Of a stretch of DNA of 64,000 bases, positions 33,879 through 45,450 are shown piece after piece. Source of the stretch: an uncultured Acinetobacter sp. (GTDB lineage Bacteria; Pseudomonadota; Gammaproteobacteria; Pseudomonadales; Moraxellaceae); the NCBI RefSeq assembly GCF_947624825.1, contig NZ_CANQLZ010000004.1, forward strand, positions 778-64,777, read 5' to 3'. A program made the translations under genes and the position numbers. The notes under the pieces were generated by a model. It ran no database searches. It saw only the letters and a list, made by a program, of their open reading frames with translations, and was not told where the DNA came from. Numbering within the stretch: position 1 is the stretch's first letter; the number at the start of each line of letters is the position of its first letter.

Positions 33879-35111
33879 ATGAGTACTGAAGTGGTCGCTT
33901 CATCTGCACATCTTGATGAAAAGCAACAATCTACGTCTATTCAGACGCATACACCGGTGGAAAAAGTGAATTTACTTGGCATGTCACGTCCACAAATGGA
34001 AAAATTCTTTGAGGACATGGGAGAGAAGAAGTTTCGCGCCGGTCAGGTGATGAAATGGATTCACCAATTCTTTGTCACTGATTTTGCCGAAATGACCAAT
34101 ATTTCGGGTAAATTACGCGAAAAATTAGAAAAAATCGCTGAAATTAAAGCCCCAGAAGTGGTGCACAAAAACTATTCTAAAGACGGTACCCGTAAGTGGG
34201 TGTTCCGTGTGGGTGATGGTGAAGGCTCTTTGGTTGAAACGGTTTTGATTCCTGCTGAACACCGCAGTGGCTTGCGTCGTACTTTGTGTATTTCGTCACA
34301 AGTGGGCTGTGCGCTGGATTGCTCGTTTTGTTCAACAGGCAAACAAGGTTTCCAACGTGACTTAAACCAAGCTGAAATTATTGGTCAGTTGTGGGTTGCC
34401 AACTACTCGTATATGGAAGATGTGCCTGTACTTGAGCGTGAGCGTTCAGTGACCAACGTGGTAATGATGGGCATGGGCGAACCATTGCTCAACTACGATG
34501 CTGTTTTAAACTCAATGCGTACCATGCTTGATGACTTTGCTTATGGTATGTCAAAGCGCCGTGTGACGTTGTCAACTTCAGGTGTAGTGCCTAAAATTGA
34601 CCAAATGGTGAAAGATATTGATGTGGCATTGGCCATTTCATTACATGCGCCAAATGATGAATTGCGTAACGAACTTGTACCCATCAATAAAAAATATCCA
34701 TTAGAGCAATTGATTGCTGCATGTCAGCGTTATATTGCCAAAGATGGCAATGAAAGTTCACGTAAACATGTAACGATTGAATATGTGATGTTAGATGGCG
34801 TAAATGACCATCCTGAACATGCACAGCAAATGATTAAATTGTTAAAAAACTTACCAAGTAAGATCAATTTAATTCCATTTAACCCATTCCCGCATGCGCC
34901 ATATGGTCGTTCAAGCCGAAATCGTATTATTGCATTCCAAAAAACTTTGTCTGATGCCGGTTTTGTGTGTACGATTCGTCAGACCCGTGGTGATGATATT
35001 GACGCTGCGTGTGGTCAATTGGTGGGTCAGGTGGCCGACCGTACTCGCCGTGCCGAACAGTGGAAAAAGAAAGTTGCAGCGCAAAATGAGATTATGCGTT
35101 CGCAAGGATAA
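33879..35111 (+). CDS. rlmN: 23S rRNA/tRNA m2A methyltransferase RlmN (radical SAM)
   Basis: [35 protein letters not shown]. Confidence 0.98.
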   Translation: MSTEVVASSAHLDEKQQSTSIQTHTPVEKVNLLGMSRPQMEKFFEDMGEKKFRAGQVMKWIHQFFVTDFAEMTNISGKLREKLEKIAEIKAPEVVHKNYSKDGTRKWVFRVGDGEGSLVETVLIPAEHRSGLRRTLCISSQVGCALDCSFCSTGKQGFQRDLNQAEIIGQLWVANYSYMEDVPVLERERSVTNVVMMGMGEPLLNYDAVLNSMRTMLDDFAYGMSKRRVTLSTSGVVPKIDQMVKDIDVALAISLHAPNDELRNELVPINKKYPLEQLIAACQRYIAKDGNESSRKHVTIEYVMLDGVNDHPEHAQQMIKLLKNLPSKINLIPFNPFPHAPYGRSSRNRIIAFQKTLSDAGFVCTIRQTRGDDIDAACGQLVGQVADRTRRAEQWKKKVAAQNEIMRSQG

Positions 35112-35131
35112 TTGAATTAAGGGGGAAGAAC

Positions 35132-35947
35132 GTGGTGGCAAAGACAATAAATCAATACCTAACCGTAGGCCTGATGCTTGCAACGACGGCAATTTTAACA
35201 GGCTGTCAAACCACGGCTTCTTCCACACCGTATAAAAAAGATCCAGTCAAATCCATTCAGGTGCGCACCCAATTGGCCGGTGAGCATTTGCGTAATGGTG
35301 ACCTAGATGCGGCCAAGCGTTCACTTGATCAAGCTTTGGAATATGATGCGCGTGACAGTAATGCCAATATGATGATGGGGATTTTGCTACAACAAGAAGG
35401 CAGCCCCATTAATTTAGAAAAAGCGGCAAGTTATTTTGAACGTGCCATTAGCAGTGATCCTGATAATGCACAAGCACGTAATAATTACGGTACCTATTTG
35501 TATCGTTTAGAGCGTTATGATGATGCAATTGAGCAGTTGACAATTGCAGGCGCTGCGCTAGGTTATGAGCAGCGCTACTTAGCACTTGAAAATTTAGGTC
35601 GGGTTTATTTACGCAAAGGCGATGTGGTGAATGCTGAAAAAACATTCAAACAAGCCTTGTCTGTCAATCGTGATTCGACAATTTCAATGTTAGAGTTAGC
35701 TGAAATTTTTTATTTACGTGAACAATATGCAAGTGCCACGCAATTGTATGAACAATTTATACATCGTGTTGGCTCACATAATCAAAGTTCACGCGCGCTT
35801 TGGCTTGGAATACGTATTGCGCGTGCCAACAATGATTCACTAGGGCAGCAGGCTTTAGTCAATCAAATGCGCGCCTTGTTCCCAAATAGTCAAGAATACC
35901 AACGTTATCTGCAATTACAGTACAGTACTGAGGCCGTATGGAAATAA
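35132..35947 (+). CDS. pilW: Type IV pilus biogenesis/stability TPR lipoprotein PilW/PilF
   Basis: Lipobox LTGC, TPR repeats (ARNNYGTYL), position between rlmN and rodZ. Confidence 0.88.
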   Translation: MVAKTINQYLTVGLMLATTAILTGCQTTASSTPYKKDPVKSIQVRTQLAGEHLRNGDLDAAKRSLDQALEYDARDSNANMMMGILLQQEGSPINLEKAASYFERAISSDPDNAQARNNYGTYLYRLERYDDAIEQLTIAGAALGYEQRYLALENLGRVYLRKGDVVNAEKTFKQALSVNRDSTISMLELAEIFYLREQYASATQLYEQFIHRVGSHNQSSRALWLGIRIARANNDSLGQQALVNQMRALFPNSQEYQRYLQLQYSTEAVWK

Positions 35948-36717
35948 ATCCTAATTCATCGCAATCGACTGGTTCAAGCACAGTTCCAAACGCATTAGGA
36001 AATGTACAACGTCCAGGTGAGTACTTACGTCAAGTTCGTATTAATCAAAAACGTGAGTTAGCGGATATCGCTAAAGCCTTAAATATTCCTGAAAAAACCT
36101 TAGCTGCATTGGAAAAAGACGACTATAAGTTGTTGCCTGAAGCAACTTTCATTAAGGGCTATTACCGCAGTTATGCCAAATTATTAAAGGTTGATGCCAA
36201 TAACATTATTCAGCGTTTTGATGAAATCTATGCCAATGACACAGGTTTAGTGCCCAATCATGCTTTAGACAATTCCCCAATTAAAATTATGGGTAAATTG
36301 CCAGGTTCAAATCGTGACCGTAACCGTAAATGGTTAAAGCGTGGCGCGATTGCTGTGGCGGTAGTGCTTGTATTGTGGGTCGCTATTGCAGCACTTAAAA
36401 ATCGTAGTCATGAGCCTGAAGCAGTAGAAGCTGAAAGTGCAGTTGAAGTGTTGTCACTCGATGGTTCAACGGTTGCGTCAACCGGTGATCAGTTGGCATT
36501 AAGCTTTAACCGTCCAACGTCGGTACATATTGTAGATTCAACCGGTAAAGTGTTACTCACCGGTCGTCAAGCCAATGCTGCAACCTTGAGCGGTGAAGCA
36601 CCATTTCAGATTCGTCTAGATGATGCAACTGCAGTGTCATTAAATTTAAACAATGAAAATATTTCATTGTCGCCATACACAGTCAATGGCAAAGCAGAAT
36701 TCCGTCTGTCACGTTAA
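35938..36717 (+). CDS. rodZ: Cytoskeleton protein RodZ
   Basis: [25 protein letters not shown], single TM, periplasmic domain. Confidence 0.88.
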   Translation: MEINPNSSQSTGSSTVPNALGNVQRPGEYLRQVRINQKRELADIAKALNIPEKTLAALEKDDYKLLPEATFIKGYYRSYAKLLKVDANNIIQRFDEIYANDTGLVPNHALDNSPIKIMGKLPGSNRDRNRKWLKRGAIAVAVVLVLWVAIAALKNRSHEPEAVEAESAVEVLSLDGSTVASTGDQLALSFNRPTSVHIVDSTGKVLLTGRQANAATLSGEAPFQIRLDDATAVSLNLNNENISLSPYTVNGKAEFRLSR

Positions 36718-36734
36718 GGCATAAGGTAAAGATC

Positions 36735-37856
36735 ATGATCGTTAATCCAATTCAGCGCCGTGCAACGCGTAAGATTCGCGTCGGTTCGGTATATGTCGGT
36801 GGTGATGCCCCGATTAGCATTCAAAGTATGACCAACACAGAAACCTGTGATGTGGCAGCAACCGTTGCGCAAATTCAGCGCTGCGTGGATGCGGGTGCCG
36901 ATATCATGCGGGTGTCTGTACCGAGTATGGAAGCTGCGGCAGCCTTTGGCGAAATTCGTAAGCAAGTGGATGTGCCTTTAGTGGCCGATATTCACTTTGA
37001 TTACAAAATTGCTTTAGCGGTGGCTGATTTTGGTGCCGATTGTTTACGCATTAACCCGGGTAATATTGGTTCAGAAGCCAAAATTCGTGAAGTAGTGGCT
37101 GCTGCACGTCATCATGATATTTCGATGCGTATTGGTGTGAATGCCGGCTCGCTTGAAAAAGACATTCAAAAAAAATATGGTGAGCCAACCGGTCAAGCTT
37201 TGCTTGAATCTGCGATGCGTCATATTGATATTTTAGATCGTTTAAATTTCCATGAATTTAAAGTATCGGTTAAAGCATCAAATGTGTTTTTAACCATGGA
37301 TGCGTATCGTTTGTTGTCACAACAAATTGATAATCCACTGCATTTAGGTGTAACCGAAGCCGGTATTTACCGCACAGGTTCGGTAAAATCTGCCATCGCC
37401 TTAGGTGGTTTGCTGATGGAAGGCATTGGCGATACCATGCGCATTTCATTGGCAGCTGAGCCTGAAGAAGAAATTAAAATTGGTTTTGATATCTTAAAAT
37501 CATTGAGCTTGCGTTCAAATGGGATTAACTTCATTGCCTGCCCAAGTTGCTCACGTCAAGAATTTAACGTGATTTCGGTGATGCAGCAGCTTGAAGAGCG
37601 TCTTGAAGATATTCGCACCCCAATGGATGTTTCGGTCATTGGTTGTAAAGTGAATGGTCCGGGTGAAGCCAAAGAGGCTGATATTGGTGTAGTGGGTGCA
37701 GCACCGCGTTCTTTGGTTTATCGTAATGGCGAAAAAAGCCATTTGATTGACACAGCACAGTTGGTTGACGAAATCGAAACGATGGTGCGTCAACGCGTGA
37801 TTGAGCTTGAAGATGCCAAAGCCAAAGAAATTATTCGTACAAGTTTTTCTGAGTAA
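36735..37856 (+). CDS. ispG: HMBPP synthase (MEP pathway)
   Basis: [44 protein letters not shown]. Confidence 0.98.
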   Translation: MIVNPIQRRATRKIRVGSVYVGGDAPISIQSMTNTETCDVAATVAQIQRCVDAGADIMRVSVPSMEAAAAFGEIRKQVDVPLVADIHFDYKIALAVADFGADCLRINPGNIGSEAKIREVVAAARHHDISMRIGVNAGSLEKDIQKKYGEPTGQALLESAMRHIDILDRLNFHEFKVSVKASNVFLTMDAYRLLSQQIDNPLHLGVTEAGIYRTGSVKSAIALGGLLMEGIGDTMRISLAAEPEEEIKIGFDILKSLSLRSNGINFIACPSCSRQEFNVISVMQQLEERLEDIRTPMDVSVIGCKVNGPGEAKEADIGVVGAAPRSLVYRNGEKSHLIDTAQLVDEIETMVRQRVIELEDAKAKEIIRTSFSE

Positions 37857-37859
37857 ATC

Positions 37860-39155
37860 ATGAGTTCAATTGTAGCAATTAAAGGTTTTAACGACATTTT
37901 GCCAACGCAAACACCTGCGTGGCGCCGTCTAGAGCAGCATTTATCAAGTTTGATGGATGCGTATGGCTATCAACAAATCCGCTTACCGATCGTTGAACAA
38001 ACCAATTTGTTTAAACGCTCGATTGGTGATGCCACCGATATCGTTGAAAAAGAAATGTACACGTTCTTAGATAAAGGTAACCCACCTGAGTCATTAACCT
38101 TACGTCCTGAAGGGACAGCAGGTTGTGTACGTGCCATGCTCGAACATAACTTACTACGCGGGGCGACCCCTCGTGTATGGTATGTTGGCCCCATGTTTCG
38201 TTATGAAAAACCACAAAAAGGTCGCTACCGTCAGTTCCATCAGTTTGGTGTAGAAACGTTTGGTGTTGCAACACCAGATATGGACGCAGAATTGATTTTA
38301 ATGACTGCGCGTTTGTGGAAACGTATGGGTGTGGCCGATAAAGTTCAGCTAGAACTCAATACGTTAGGCGAGTCAGATGAGCGTGCTGCTTATCGCGCGG
38401 CTTTGGTTGATTTTTTAGAGGCGCATAAAGCCGATTTAGACGAAGATTCACAGCGTCGTTTAACCACCAATCCACTGCGTATTTTGGATTCTAAAGATGC
38501 TAAAACCCAAAGCATTTTAGAAAACGCGCCAAAATTGCATGATTTTATGGGTGAAGAAACTCTGGCGCATTTTGCTCAGTTACAACAATATTTGAGCGAT
38601 GCTGGAGTTAACTTTGTCATCAATCAAAAATTGGTGCGTGGTTTAGACTACTACAACAAAACTGTATTTGAATGGACCACCACCCATTTAGGTTCGCAAG
38701 GTACAGTATGTGCCGGCGGTCGTTATGATGGTTTGGTCGGTCAGCTCAAAGGAAAAGCAGATCAATCTGTGCCTGCGGTGGGTTTTGCCATGGGTATGGA
38801 GCGTTTGTTATTGTTACTTGAGCAAGTAGAACAAGCCAGCCTTGTGCGTGATTGTGACGTATTCTTGGTGTCTGAACCTGCAGCACAAGGCAAAGCTTTA
38901 GTGCTTGCTGAGCAAATTCGTGACCAACTTGAAGCAGCAGGCTCAAGCCTACGCCTTAAAGTAGGTTCACAAGGCTCAATGAAGTCACAAATGAAAAAAG
39001 CCGATCAATCAGGTGCAGTGTATGCCTTGATCTGTGGTGATCGCGAATGGGAAGCTAAGCAAGTACTGTTTAAACAGCTTGCAACTGCCGAGCAAAGTGA
39101 AGTGGCAGTCGAGGCGATTGTCCCATTTATGCTTGAACAATTTTCTTCACAATAA
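37860..39155 (+). CDS. hisS: Histidine--tRNA ligase
   Basis: [42 protein letters not shown]. Confidence 0.98.
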   Translation: MSSIVAIKGFNDILPTQTPAWRRLEQHLSSLMDAYGYQQIRLPIVEQTNLFKRSIGDATDIVEKEMYTFLDKGNPPESLTLRPEGTAGCVRAMLEHNLLRGATPRVWYVGPMFRYEKPQKGRYRQFHQFGVETFGVATPDMDAELILMTARLWKRMGVADKVQLELNTLGESDERAAYRAALVDFLEAHKADLDEDSQRRLTTNPLRILDSKDAKTQSILENAPKLHDFMGEETLAHFAQLQQYLSDAGVNFVINQKLVRGLDYYNKTVFEWTTTHLGSQGTVCAGGRYDGLVGQLKGKADQSVPAVGFAMGMERLLLLLEQVEQASLVRDCDVFLVSEPAAQGKALVLAEQIRDQLEAAGSSLRLKVGSQGSMKSQMKKADQSGAVYALICGDREWEAKQVLFKQLATAEQSEVAVEAIVPFMLEQFSSQ

Positions 39156-39176
39156 TATAAGGAATAGGGTAATCAC

Positions 39177-39884
39177 ATGAGCGCACTAAGTGATGAAGAA
39201 CAACTTAATAGCTTAAAAAACAACACCAAAAAATACAGTTCAACTGTAATTTCTGGGGTTTTAATTGCGCTGATTGCCTATTCCGGTTGGACCTATTGGC
39301 AGAATAACCAGCAAGGCGAAGCACAGCTGCAAACTGCCAAGGTTCAGCAGCTCATGGATCAGGCTGCCATAGTGGATGTCAAAGATGACAATGCATGGAA
39401 CAGCTTGACCAAGACTGCTGATGAAATCGTCAAAAACTATCCAGATTCAGTCCAAGCGATTCAAACACAATTGATGTTGGCAAAATTGGCATTTGAGCGT
39501 AACGACTATGCCACTGCTGAAAAAGCCTTAATGAAAGTTGAAAATGCCAAAGTCGACGATCAAGGCTTAATTCATGTGGTTAAATTGCGCCTAGCCTATA
39601 GCCAATTGGCACAAGATAAATTTGATGCTGCCTTGAAAAGCTTAAGTGCAGTCACCGATCCTGCGTTTAAAGCCACCGCAGATGAAGCGCGTGGTGATGT
39701 GTATGTTGCTAAAAACGATATTGAAAATGCCAAAAAAGCCTATATGAGTGCATGGGATGGCTTATTAGAACGTCAACAAGAACGTCAAATTTTACAAATT
39801 AAACTCGAAAGTGTGGGTGTTTTAGTCGATGATCCTGAAATCGAACGCCCGGTTTTAGAGATGAAAATGGATGAGCCTCAATGA
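39177..39884 (+). CDS. yfgM: YfgM family SecYEG ancillary subunit
   Basis: DEEQL..LK, one TM, TPR-like helices (LRLA..QL, EARGDV); between hisS and bamB. Confidence 0.88.
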   Translation: MSALSDEEQLNSLKNNTKKYSSTVISGVLIALIAYSGWTYWQNNQQGEAQLQTAKVQQLMDQAAIVDVKDDNAWNSLTKTADEIVKNYPDSVQAIQTQLMLAKLAFERNDYATAEKALMKVENAKVDDQGLIHVVKLRLAYSQLAQDKFDAALKSLSAVTDPAFKATADEARGDVYVAKNDIENAKKAYMSAWDGLLERQQERQILQIKLESVGVLVDDPEIERPVLEMKMDEPQ

Positions 39885-41029
39885 AAATGAATTATAAAGC
39901 GCCCTTGGCTTTAGGCCTACTAAGTTTGGCATTGGTGGGTTGTTCAAACAAAACCATTAAGGTTGCAGAACAAAAGCCAAGTCCATTACCTAAAATTTCT
40001 GCTTCAAGCAGTATTGTCGCTATTGCCAACTATAGCGTAGCAGCAACCAACAAAATTGACCCACTACGTTTACAGTTGGGCTTGGACCAAGGTCAAATTT
40101 TTGCCGCAGACCCTAAAGGTGAAGTCACAGCCTATCAGGGTAAGCAACGTGTGTGGCAAAGTAAAATTTCTAAAGCTGGCATTAGTGCTGGCGCTGTAGC
40201 CGGCGAAGGTATTGTGGTGGTGGCCAATAAAAAAGGTCAACTGTTTGCACTTGATCAAGCCACAGGTCAAACTAAATGGCAAAGCCAACTCAGTAGTGCT
40301 GTACTTGCACCTTCATTGATTCAAGCGGGGCGTGTTATTACTTTGGCCAATGATGGTACTGTATTTGCACACGACATCAGTACAGGTCAGCAAATTTGGA
40401 CTTATAACTTGCCAAAAGTTGACTTTAGCATGCGTGGTACAGCAGCACCGGTCGCGGTTGATCCACGTACGGTGTTGGTGGCATGGGCAAATAGTTATGT
40501 CTATGTGATTGATACAGTAACAGGTATTCCGCAATTACAACGCCGTGTATCAATTAACGATGGTCGCTCTGATATTCAGCGTTTAAATGATATTGACGGT
40601 GAGCCTGTAGTTGCAGGACGTTACTTAATTAGCACCAGTTATCAAGGTCAACTCACCGCTATGGACTTGGCTTCACAACAAGTGATTTGGAGTGAAGATG
40701 CATCAAGTTTACGCAGTCCGGTTATTTTTGATAACAAAGTTTTTGTGGCTCAAAGCAGCGGTCAACTTACAGCGTATGACATCACTACAGGTCAGCAACT
40801 GTGGCAAAATGAGCAGCTGCTCAATCGTCGCTTAAGTAACCCGGCTGTATTAGGTAATCAGCTGGTGGTTGGTGATTTAGATGGCGTACTGCATCTTGTT
40901 GATCCCAACAGTGGTAACTTGATCGGACGCGCCAAAACTTCAGGCGAAGTGCGCTCACTACGCACGATTGACCAACAATTATATGTATCAAGTCAAAAGG
41001 GTACGTATAGCATTTGGCAGAATCGTTAA
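39881..41029 (+). CDS. bamB: Outer-membrane assembly factor BamB
   Basis: Lipobox LVGC, PQQ-like beta-propeller repeats, DIDGEPV. Confidence 0.93.
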   Translation: MKMNYKAPLALGLLSLALVGCSNKTIKVAEQKPSPLPKISASSSIVAIANYSVAATNKIDPLRLQLGLDQGQIFAADPKGEVTAYQGKQRVWQSKISKAGISAGAVAGEGIVVVANKKGQLFALDQATGQTKWQSQLSSAVLAPSLIQAGRVITLANDGTVFAHDISTGQQIWTYNLPKVDFSMRGTAAPVAVDPRTVLVAWANSYVYVIDTVTGIPQLQRRVSINDGRSDIQRLNDIDGEPVVAGRYLISTSYQGQLTAMDLASQQVIWSEDASSLRSPVIFDNKVFVAQSSGQLTAYDITTGQQLWQNEQLLNRRLSNPAVLGNQLVVGDLDGVLHLVDPNSGNLIGRAKTSGEVRSLRTIDQQLYVSSQKGTYSIWQNR

Positions 41030-41072
41030 TTTTTTACCCGCTTGTGGTAAACTAGGCACCATCGTATTTTAT

Positions 41073-41110
41073 ACACGGGGACATGCACAGCACGCCCCCG
41101 TGTTTTATTT
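41073..41110 (+). promoter_or_regulatory. Terminator-like hairpin in the der 5' region
   Basis: ACACGGGG...CCCCGTGT stem then TTTTATTT; extended -10 TG-g-TAAACT just upstream (41045-41053). Confidence 0.45.
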
Positions 41111-41194
41111 AGTCTTTGACTTATTTTTTCTTCCCATTGTTTCTGATGTTCAGGCCACTTAATGAATGGCTGATCTTAACTATAAGGTTAATCT

Positions 41195-42604
41195 ATGAAA
41201 CCCGTAATTGCGCTCATTGGTCGTCCGAACGTCGGAAAATCAACGCTGTTCAACCAAATTACCAAGAGCCGTGACGCACTGGTGGCAGACTTTGCAGGTC
41301 TGACTCGTGACCGTAAATATGGTGATGCAACCTACCAAAACAAATCCTTTATCGTCGTAGATACAGGTGGTATTGGCGAATCCGAAGGTGGGATCGACAA
41401 TTACATGGCAGAGCAATCAAAAACTGCCATTCACGAAGCAGACATGATCATTTTTGTGGTGGATGCTCGTGCAGGTTTGCTTGCCTCTGATGAACAAATT
41501 GCCCGTGATTTACGTACACTTGGTAAAAAAGTCTTCCTTGTTGCTAACAAAGTTGATGGTGTACATGCAGAAGCTGCCTTGGTTGAGTTTTATAAGCTTG
41601 GTATGGGCGAGCCGATGCAAGTGGCAGCCAGCCACGGTCGTGGTGTGCAACAAATGCTTGAAGAAGTGTTGCACGATGTGCCTGAAGATGAAAATCCAGA
41701 TGAACACGACAAAGACACAGGTTTACGTTTAGCGATCATTGGTCGTCCAAACGTGGGTAAATCAACACTTGTGAACCGTTTATTGGGTGAAGAACGTGTT
41801 GTTGCCTTTGACCAACCGGGTACAACGCGTGACTCGGTTTATATTCCGTTTGAACGTGATGAACGTAAATATACTCTGATTGACACAGCTGGCGTACGTC
41901 GTAAGGGTAAAGTCGATGAAATGATCGAGAAATTCTCGATTGTTAAAACACTGCAAGCCATTAAAGACGCTAACGTTATTGTGGTGGTGGTAGATGCACG
42001 TGATGGTATTGTTGAGCAAGATTTACATTTAATTGGCTATGCCTTAGAAGCTGGTCGTGCCATGGTGATTGCGGTCAATAAATGGGACAACATGACCGAG
42101 TATGACCGTAAGCAATGTAAACTTGATATTGAACGTCGCTTTGACTTTATTCCTTGGGCAAGAGTGCATTTAATTTCTGCTTTACATGGTACGGGTGTTG
42201 GTGATCTTTATCCTTCAATCCACCGTGCCTATGATTCAGCACGTTTAAAAGTATCGCCTGCTAAAATTACCCAAATCTTAAATGATGCAACAGAAGCGCA
42301 TCAACCGGGTATGGTACAAGGTCGTCGTATTAAAATGCGTTATGCACATATTGGTGGTCAAAACCCACCAACGATTGTGATTCATGGTAACAAAGTGGAT
42401 AAAACGCCTGCCGATTACCGTCGTTATTTAGAAAACGTGTTCCGTAAAGTGTATAAACTTGAAGGTACGCCAGTACGTATTGAGTTTAAAACTTCAGAAA
42501 ACCCATTTGAAGGCCGTAAGTCACAAATGGACGAACGTGCAGCTGCGCGTAAACGTCGTTATGTACAGAAATTTAAGAAAGCTGAAAAGAAATTTAAACG
42601 TTAA
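41195..42604 (+). CDS. der: Ribosome biogenesis GTPase Der (EngA)
   Basis: Two [10 protein letters not shown]-domains, DTGG/DTAG, NKVD/NKWD. Confidence 0.98.
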   Translation: MKPVIALIGRPNVGKSTLFNQITKSRDALVADFAGLTRDRKYGDATYQNKSFIVVDTGGIGESEGGIDNYMAEQSKTAIHEADMIIFVVDARAGLLASDEQIARDLRTLGKKVFLVANKVDGVHAEAALVEFYKLGMGEPMQVAASHGRGVQQMLEEVLHDVPEDENPDEHDKDTGLRLAIIGRPNVGKSTLVNRLLGEERVVAFDQPGTTRDSVYIPFERDERKYTLIDTAGVRRKGKVDEMIEKFSIVKTLQAIKDANVIVVVVDARDGIVEQDLHLIGYALEAGRAMVIAVNKWDNMTEYDRKQCKLDIERRFDFIPWARVHLISALHGTGVGDLYPSIHRAYDSARLKVSPAKITQILNDATEAHQPGMVQGRRIKMRYAHIGGQNPPTIVIHGNKVDKTPADYRRYLENVFRKVYKLEGTPVRIEFKTSENPFEGRKSQMDERAAARKRRYVQKFKKAEKKFKR

Positions 42605-42622
42605 TTTCTGTTTAAGCATACA

Positions 42623-42650
42623 AGCCCAGTCTTTATGACTGGGTTTTTTT
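42623..42650 (+). terminator. Intrinsic terminator after der
   Basis: AGCCCAGTC-ttta-TGACTGGGTTTTTTT. Confidence 0.8.
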
Positions 42651-42687
42651 ATTTACAATATGCATAAATCAAAAGAGCCAAACAACC

Positions 42688-43518
42688 ATGCAACAGTTAC
42701 TTGATATCATGCGTGAATTACGTGAAAAATGCCCTTGGGATCGTGAGCAAACCCCACAAAGCCTTACACGTTATGCCATTGAAGAAGCATATGAAGTTGA
42801 AGATGCAGTGCGTAGTGGCAATGTGAATGACATTCGTGATGAACTTGGTGACTTATTGCTGCAAGTGGTGTTTCAAGCACAAATGTATAGTGAACAAGGC
42901 GCATTTGATTTTAATGATGTGGTTGATGCCATTACACAAAAATTGATTCGTCGCCATCCACATGTATTTGAAACAGAAAAATTTGAGCAATTAACGCCTG
43001 AACAAGTGTCTCGTTTATGGCAAGACATTAAAAATCAAGAAAAACAAGGCAAACCTCAGGCCCGTTTAGATGCTATTAAGCCGGGTCCAAGTTTACAACA
43101 AGCCGAAGCCATTCAAAAAAATGCCGCCAAAATTGGTTTTGATTTTGCCCATTTAGAAGATGCGTATGGGAAATTAGAAGAAGAATTGCGTGAACTACAA
43201 CAGGCTATACAAAATGGGCATTCCGACGAAATTCAAGACGAGTTTGGCGACTGTTTATTCTCATTGGTCAATGTTGGGCGTAAACTAGGAGTGTCGAGTG
43301 AAAGTGCACTGCTTGGCACCATCCATAAATTTCGTAGCCGTTTCGCTTATATCGAACAACAGGCCTTGTTACAAGGCAAATCAGTTGATCAGATGAGCCT
43401 CGCTGAGATGGATCAATTATGGGAGGCTGCCAAAACTGCCAAGGAGGCTTATCGTGCCCATCATCGTAATACTCTTACTATTGATGATCGCCCATCCAAC
43501 ACAGGCGAATCAATTTGA
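42688..43518 (+). CDS. mazG: Nucleoside triphosphate pyrophosphohydrolase MazG
   Basis: CPWDREQT, IEEAYEV, ELGDLLLQVVF, KLIRRHPHVF, EFGDCLF, KFRSRF. Confidence 0.95.
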   Translation: MQQLLDIMRELREKCPWDREQTPQSLTRYAIEEAYEVEDAVRSGNVNDIRDELGDLLLQVVFQAQMYSEQGAFDFNDVVDAITQKLIRRHPHVFETEKFEQLTPEQVSRLWQDIKNQEKQGKPQARLDAIKPGPSLQQAEAIQKNAAKIGFDFAHLEDAYGKLEEELRELQQAIQNGHSDEIQDEFGDCLFSLVNVGRKLGVSSESALLGTIHKFRSRFAYIEQQALLQGKSVDQMSLAEMDQLWEAAKTAKEAYRAHHRNTLTIDDRPSNTGESI

Positions 43519-43846
43519 TCGTGACTATGCTAAATGGCAAGCCGAGCAACAAGCCATAGATATGCGCTTACAGGCCAAAAAAGCGGCTCAAGATCCGAAT
43601 TATTATTTAGGTAAACCCAGTACCAAAGTCACCGGTTCAAGTCAGGCGACAGGGGCCAAAGTCAGTTTAAATCGTGCGTCTTTGGCAGAATTACAGCAAC
43701 TTTCAGGTGTGGGGGCTAAAAAAGCCCAAGCCATTATTGATTATCGGCAGCAACATGGTGGCTTTAAGCGTATTGAAGAGCTAGACAACGTTAAAGGTAT
43801 TGGACCTAAGTTATTAGAAAAAAATCGCGCGCGACTGGCTTTATAA
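43454..43846 (+). CDS. comEA: Competence DNA-binding protein ComEA
   Basis: Signal peptide; VSLNRASLAELQQLSGVGAKKAQAIIDYR...GGF..IEEL..VKGIG HhH; GTG with AAGGAGG SD. Confidence 0.92.
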   Translation: MPIIVILLLLMIAHPTQANQFDRDYAKWQAEQQAIDMRLQAKKAAQDPNYYLGKPSTKVTGSSQATGAKVSLNRASLAELQQLSGVGAKKAQAIIDYRQQHGGFKRIEELDNVKGIGPKLLEKNRARLAL

Positions 43847-43986
43847 GCCAATTTGTCACAAAACAGCTGATCTTAAGCCTGCTTCGATAATTTCTGATGG
43901 ATTATCAAATTGCCCTTTGAGCAGCTAAGCGATATGATTAGCGTTATCTTAATAAAATTACGTTCAGACGTAGGAGACAGCGTCTT

Positions 43987-45450
43987 TTGCAAACCTTGCG
44001 CGCGTCAAAATGCGGTTTATCTACCGCACAATTACCTTCTTATATTTTAGATGTCATTGATGCTTTAACCAAAGCAGGTTATGAAGCTTATATTGTGGGC
44101 GGTGGTGTTCGTGACTTAATGCTTGGTCTTAATCCAAAGGATTTTGACGCTGTCACGAATGCGACTCCAAGCCAAATCAAGGAAGTATTCGGTCGTCGCT
44201 GCCGAATTATCGGTCGTCGTTTTGAATTGGCGCATGTCTATTCAGGTCGTGAATTGGTCGAAGTAGCTACTTTCCGTGCGCCACCGAAAAAAGCCGTAAC
44301 ATCAGCCCAAGGCATGATTTTACGTGATAATAATTGGGGCACGATTGAGCAAGACTTTGTTCGTCGGGACTTTTCAATTAATGCCATGTATTACCAACCA
44401 CGTAAAGGCATTGTGCTGGATTTCTGTAATGCAGCCGATGATATTAAACATAAAACTTTACGTCTGTTGGGTGATCCACAAAAGCGTTTTGAAGAAGATC
44501 CAGTACGTATGTTGCGAACTTTACGTTTTGCAGCCAAACTGAATTTTAGTATTGCACCTGAAATTTTAGACATCTTTAATCCAGAAGCAGCCTACTTGCT
44601 ACGTGATGTATCGCCACACCGTTTATACGATGAGTCACAAAAACTCTTTACCATGGGTCACTTAAATCGTGTGATGCCAATGTTAATTGAGTTTGGTATT
44701 TGGCAACAATTGTTTGCTGATATTGTACCTAAAATCACGCCATTTATTGAACGTGCAGCAAAAAATACCGATCAACGTATTTCAATTGGTAAAACCATTA
44801 ATCCTGCATTTTTCTATGCGGTATTGTTATGGGAGCAATTCCTAGAGCGTTGTTATTTTTATCAACATAAAGGTGTTGTGGCGGCCGAAGCACGCGCTCA
44901 AGCAGGCTTGGATGTACTCAAACGTCAAAGTACCCGTACTGTAATTCCACGTTTTGCTGAAACTTTTATTCGTGAAGTTTGGGAAATGCAAACGCGTTTG
45001 CTCAATCCAAAGCCACAGCAAATTGAAGCATTATCAGGACATGCGCGTTTCCGTGCTGGCTTTGACTTTTTATTGTTACGTGAAAAATCAGGCGACACCA
45101 CCACCCAAGGCATGGGCGAATGGTGGGATGCGTATCAGATCATGAGCAGTGATCAAAAAGAACGTGTGATAGGACAGTATAACCGTCAACGTACTAAGAG
45201 CCGTCGTTCAAAGTCGCATGACGATGACGTGGTGTTGGCAAGACAGCCACAAGAGCTTGAGCCTTTGGTACAAGAGCCTGAATCACGTAGCCGCCGTCAG
45301 CGTAAAGCCAAGCAAGAAGTACAAACGCAGGTGCAGCGTTCGGTGGCGTCTGGTAGTACCGATGGCAGCATTGGGCATGATCATCCGATTTTAAAACGTA
45401 AACGCGTTCAACGTGATTTAAAGCAAGTGATTTTTGGACCAACGCAATGA
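43987..45450 (+). CDS. pcnB: Poly(A) polymerase I
   Basis: VGGGVRD, KDFD, IIGRRFELAHV, RRDFSINA, EDPVRMLR, RFRAGFDF; TTG start. Confidence 0.96.
   Translation: MQTLRASKCGLSTAQLPSYILDVIDALTKAGYEAYIVGGGVRDLMLGLNPKDFDAVTNATPSQIKEVFGRRCRIIGRRFELAHVYSGRELVEVATFRAPPKKAVTSAQGMILRDNNWGTIEQDFVRRDFSINAMYYQPRKGIVLDFCNAADDIKHKTLRLLGDPQKRFEEDPVRMLRTLRFAAKLNFSIAPEILDIFNPEAAYLLRDVSPHRLYDESQKLFTMGHLNRVMPMLIEFGIWQQLFADIVPKITPFIERAAKNTDQRISIGKTINPAFFYAVLLWEQFLERCYFYQHKGVVAAEARAQAGLDVLKRQSTRTVIPRFAETFIREVWEMQTRLLNPKPQQIEALSGHARFRAGFDFLLLREKSGDTTTQGMGEWWDAYQIMSSDQKERVIGQYNRQRTKSRRSKSHDDDVVLARQPQELEPLVQEPESRSRRQRKAKQEVQTQVQRSVASGSTDGSIGHDHPILKRKRVQRDLKQVIFGPTQ

Noticed and set aside
43854-43866. 13-mer TGTCACAAAACAG shared with the Pho-box region at 31061, upstream of pcnB
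   Set aside because: There is no second half-site or properly spaced -10, and many 13-mer matches are expected by chance in 64 kb.
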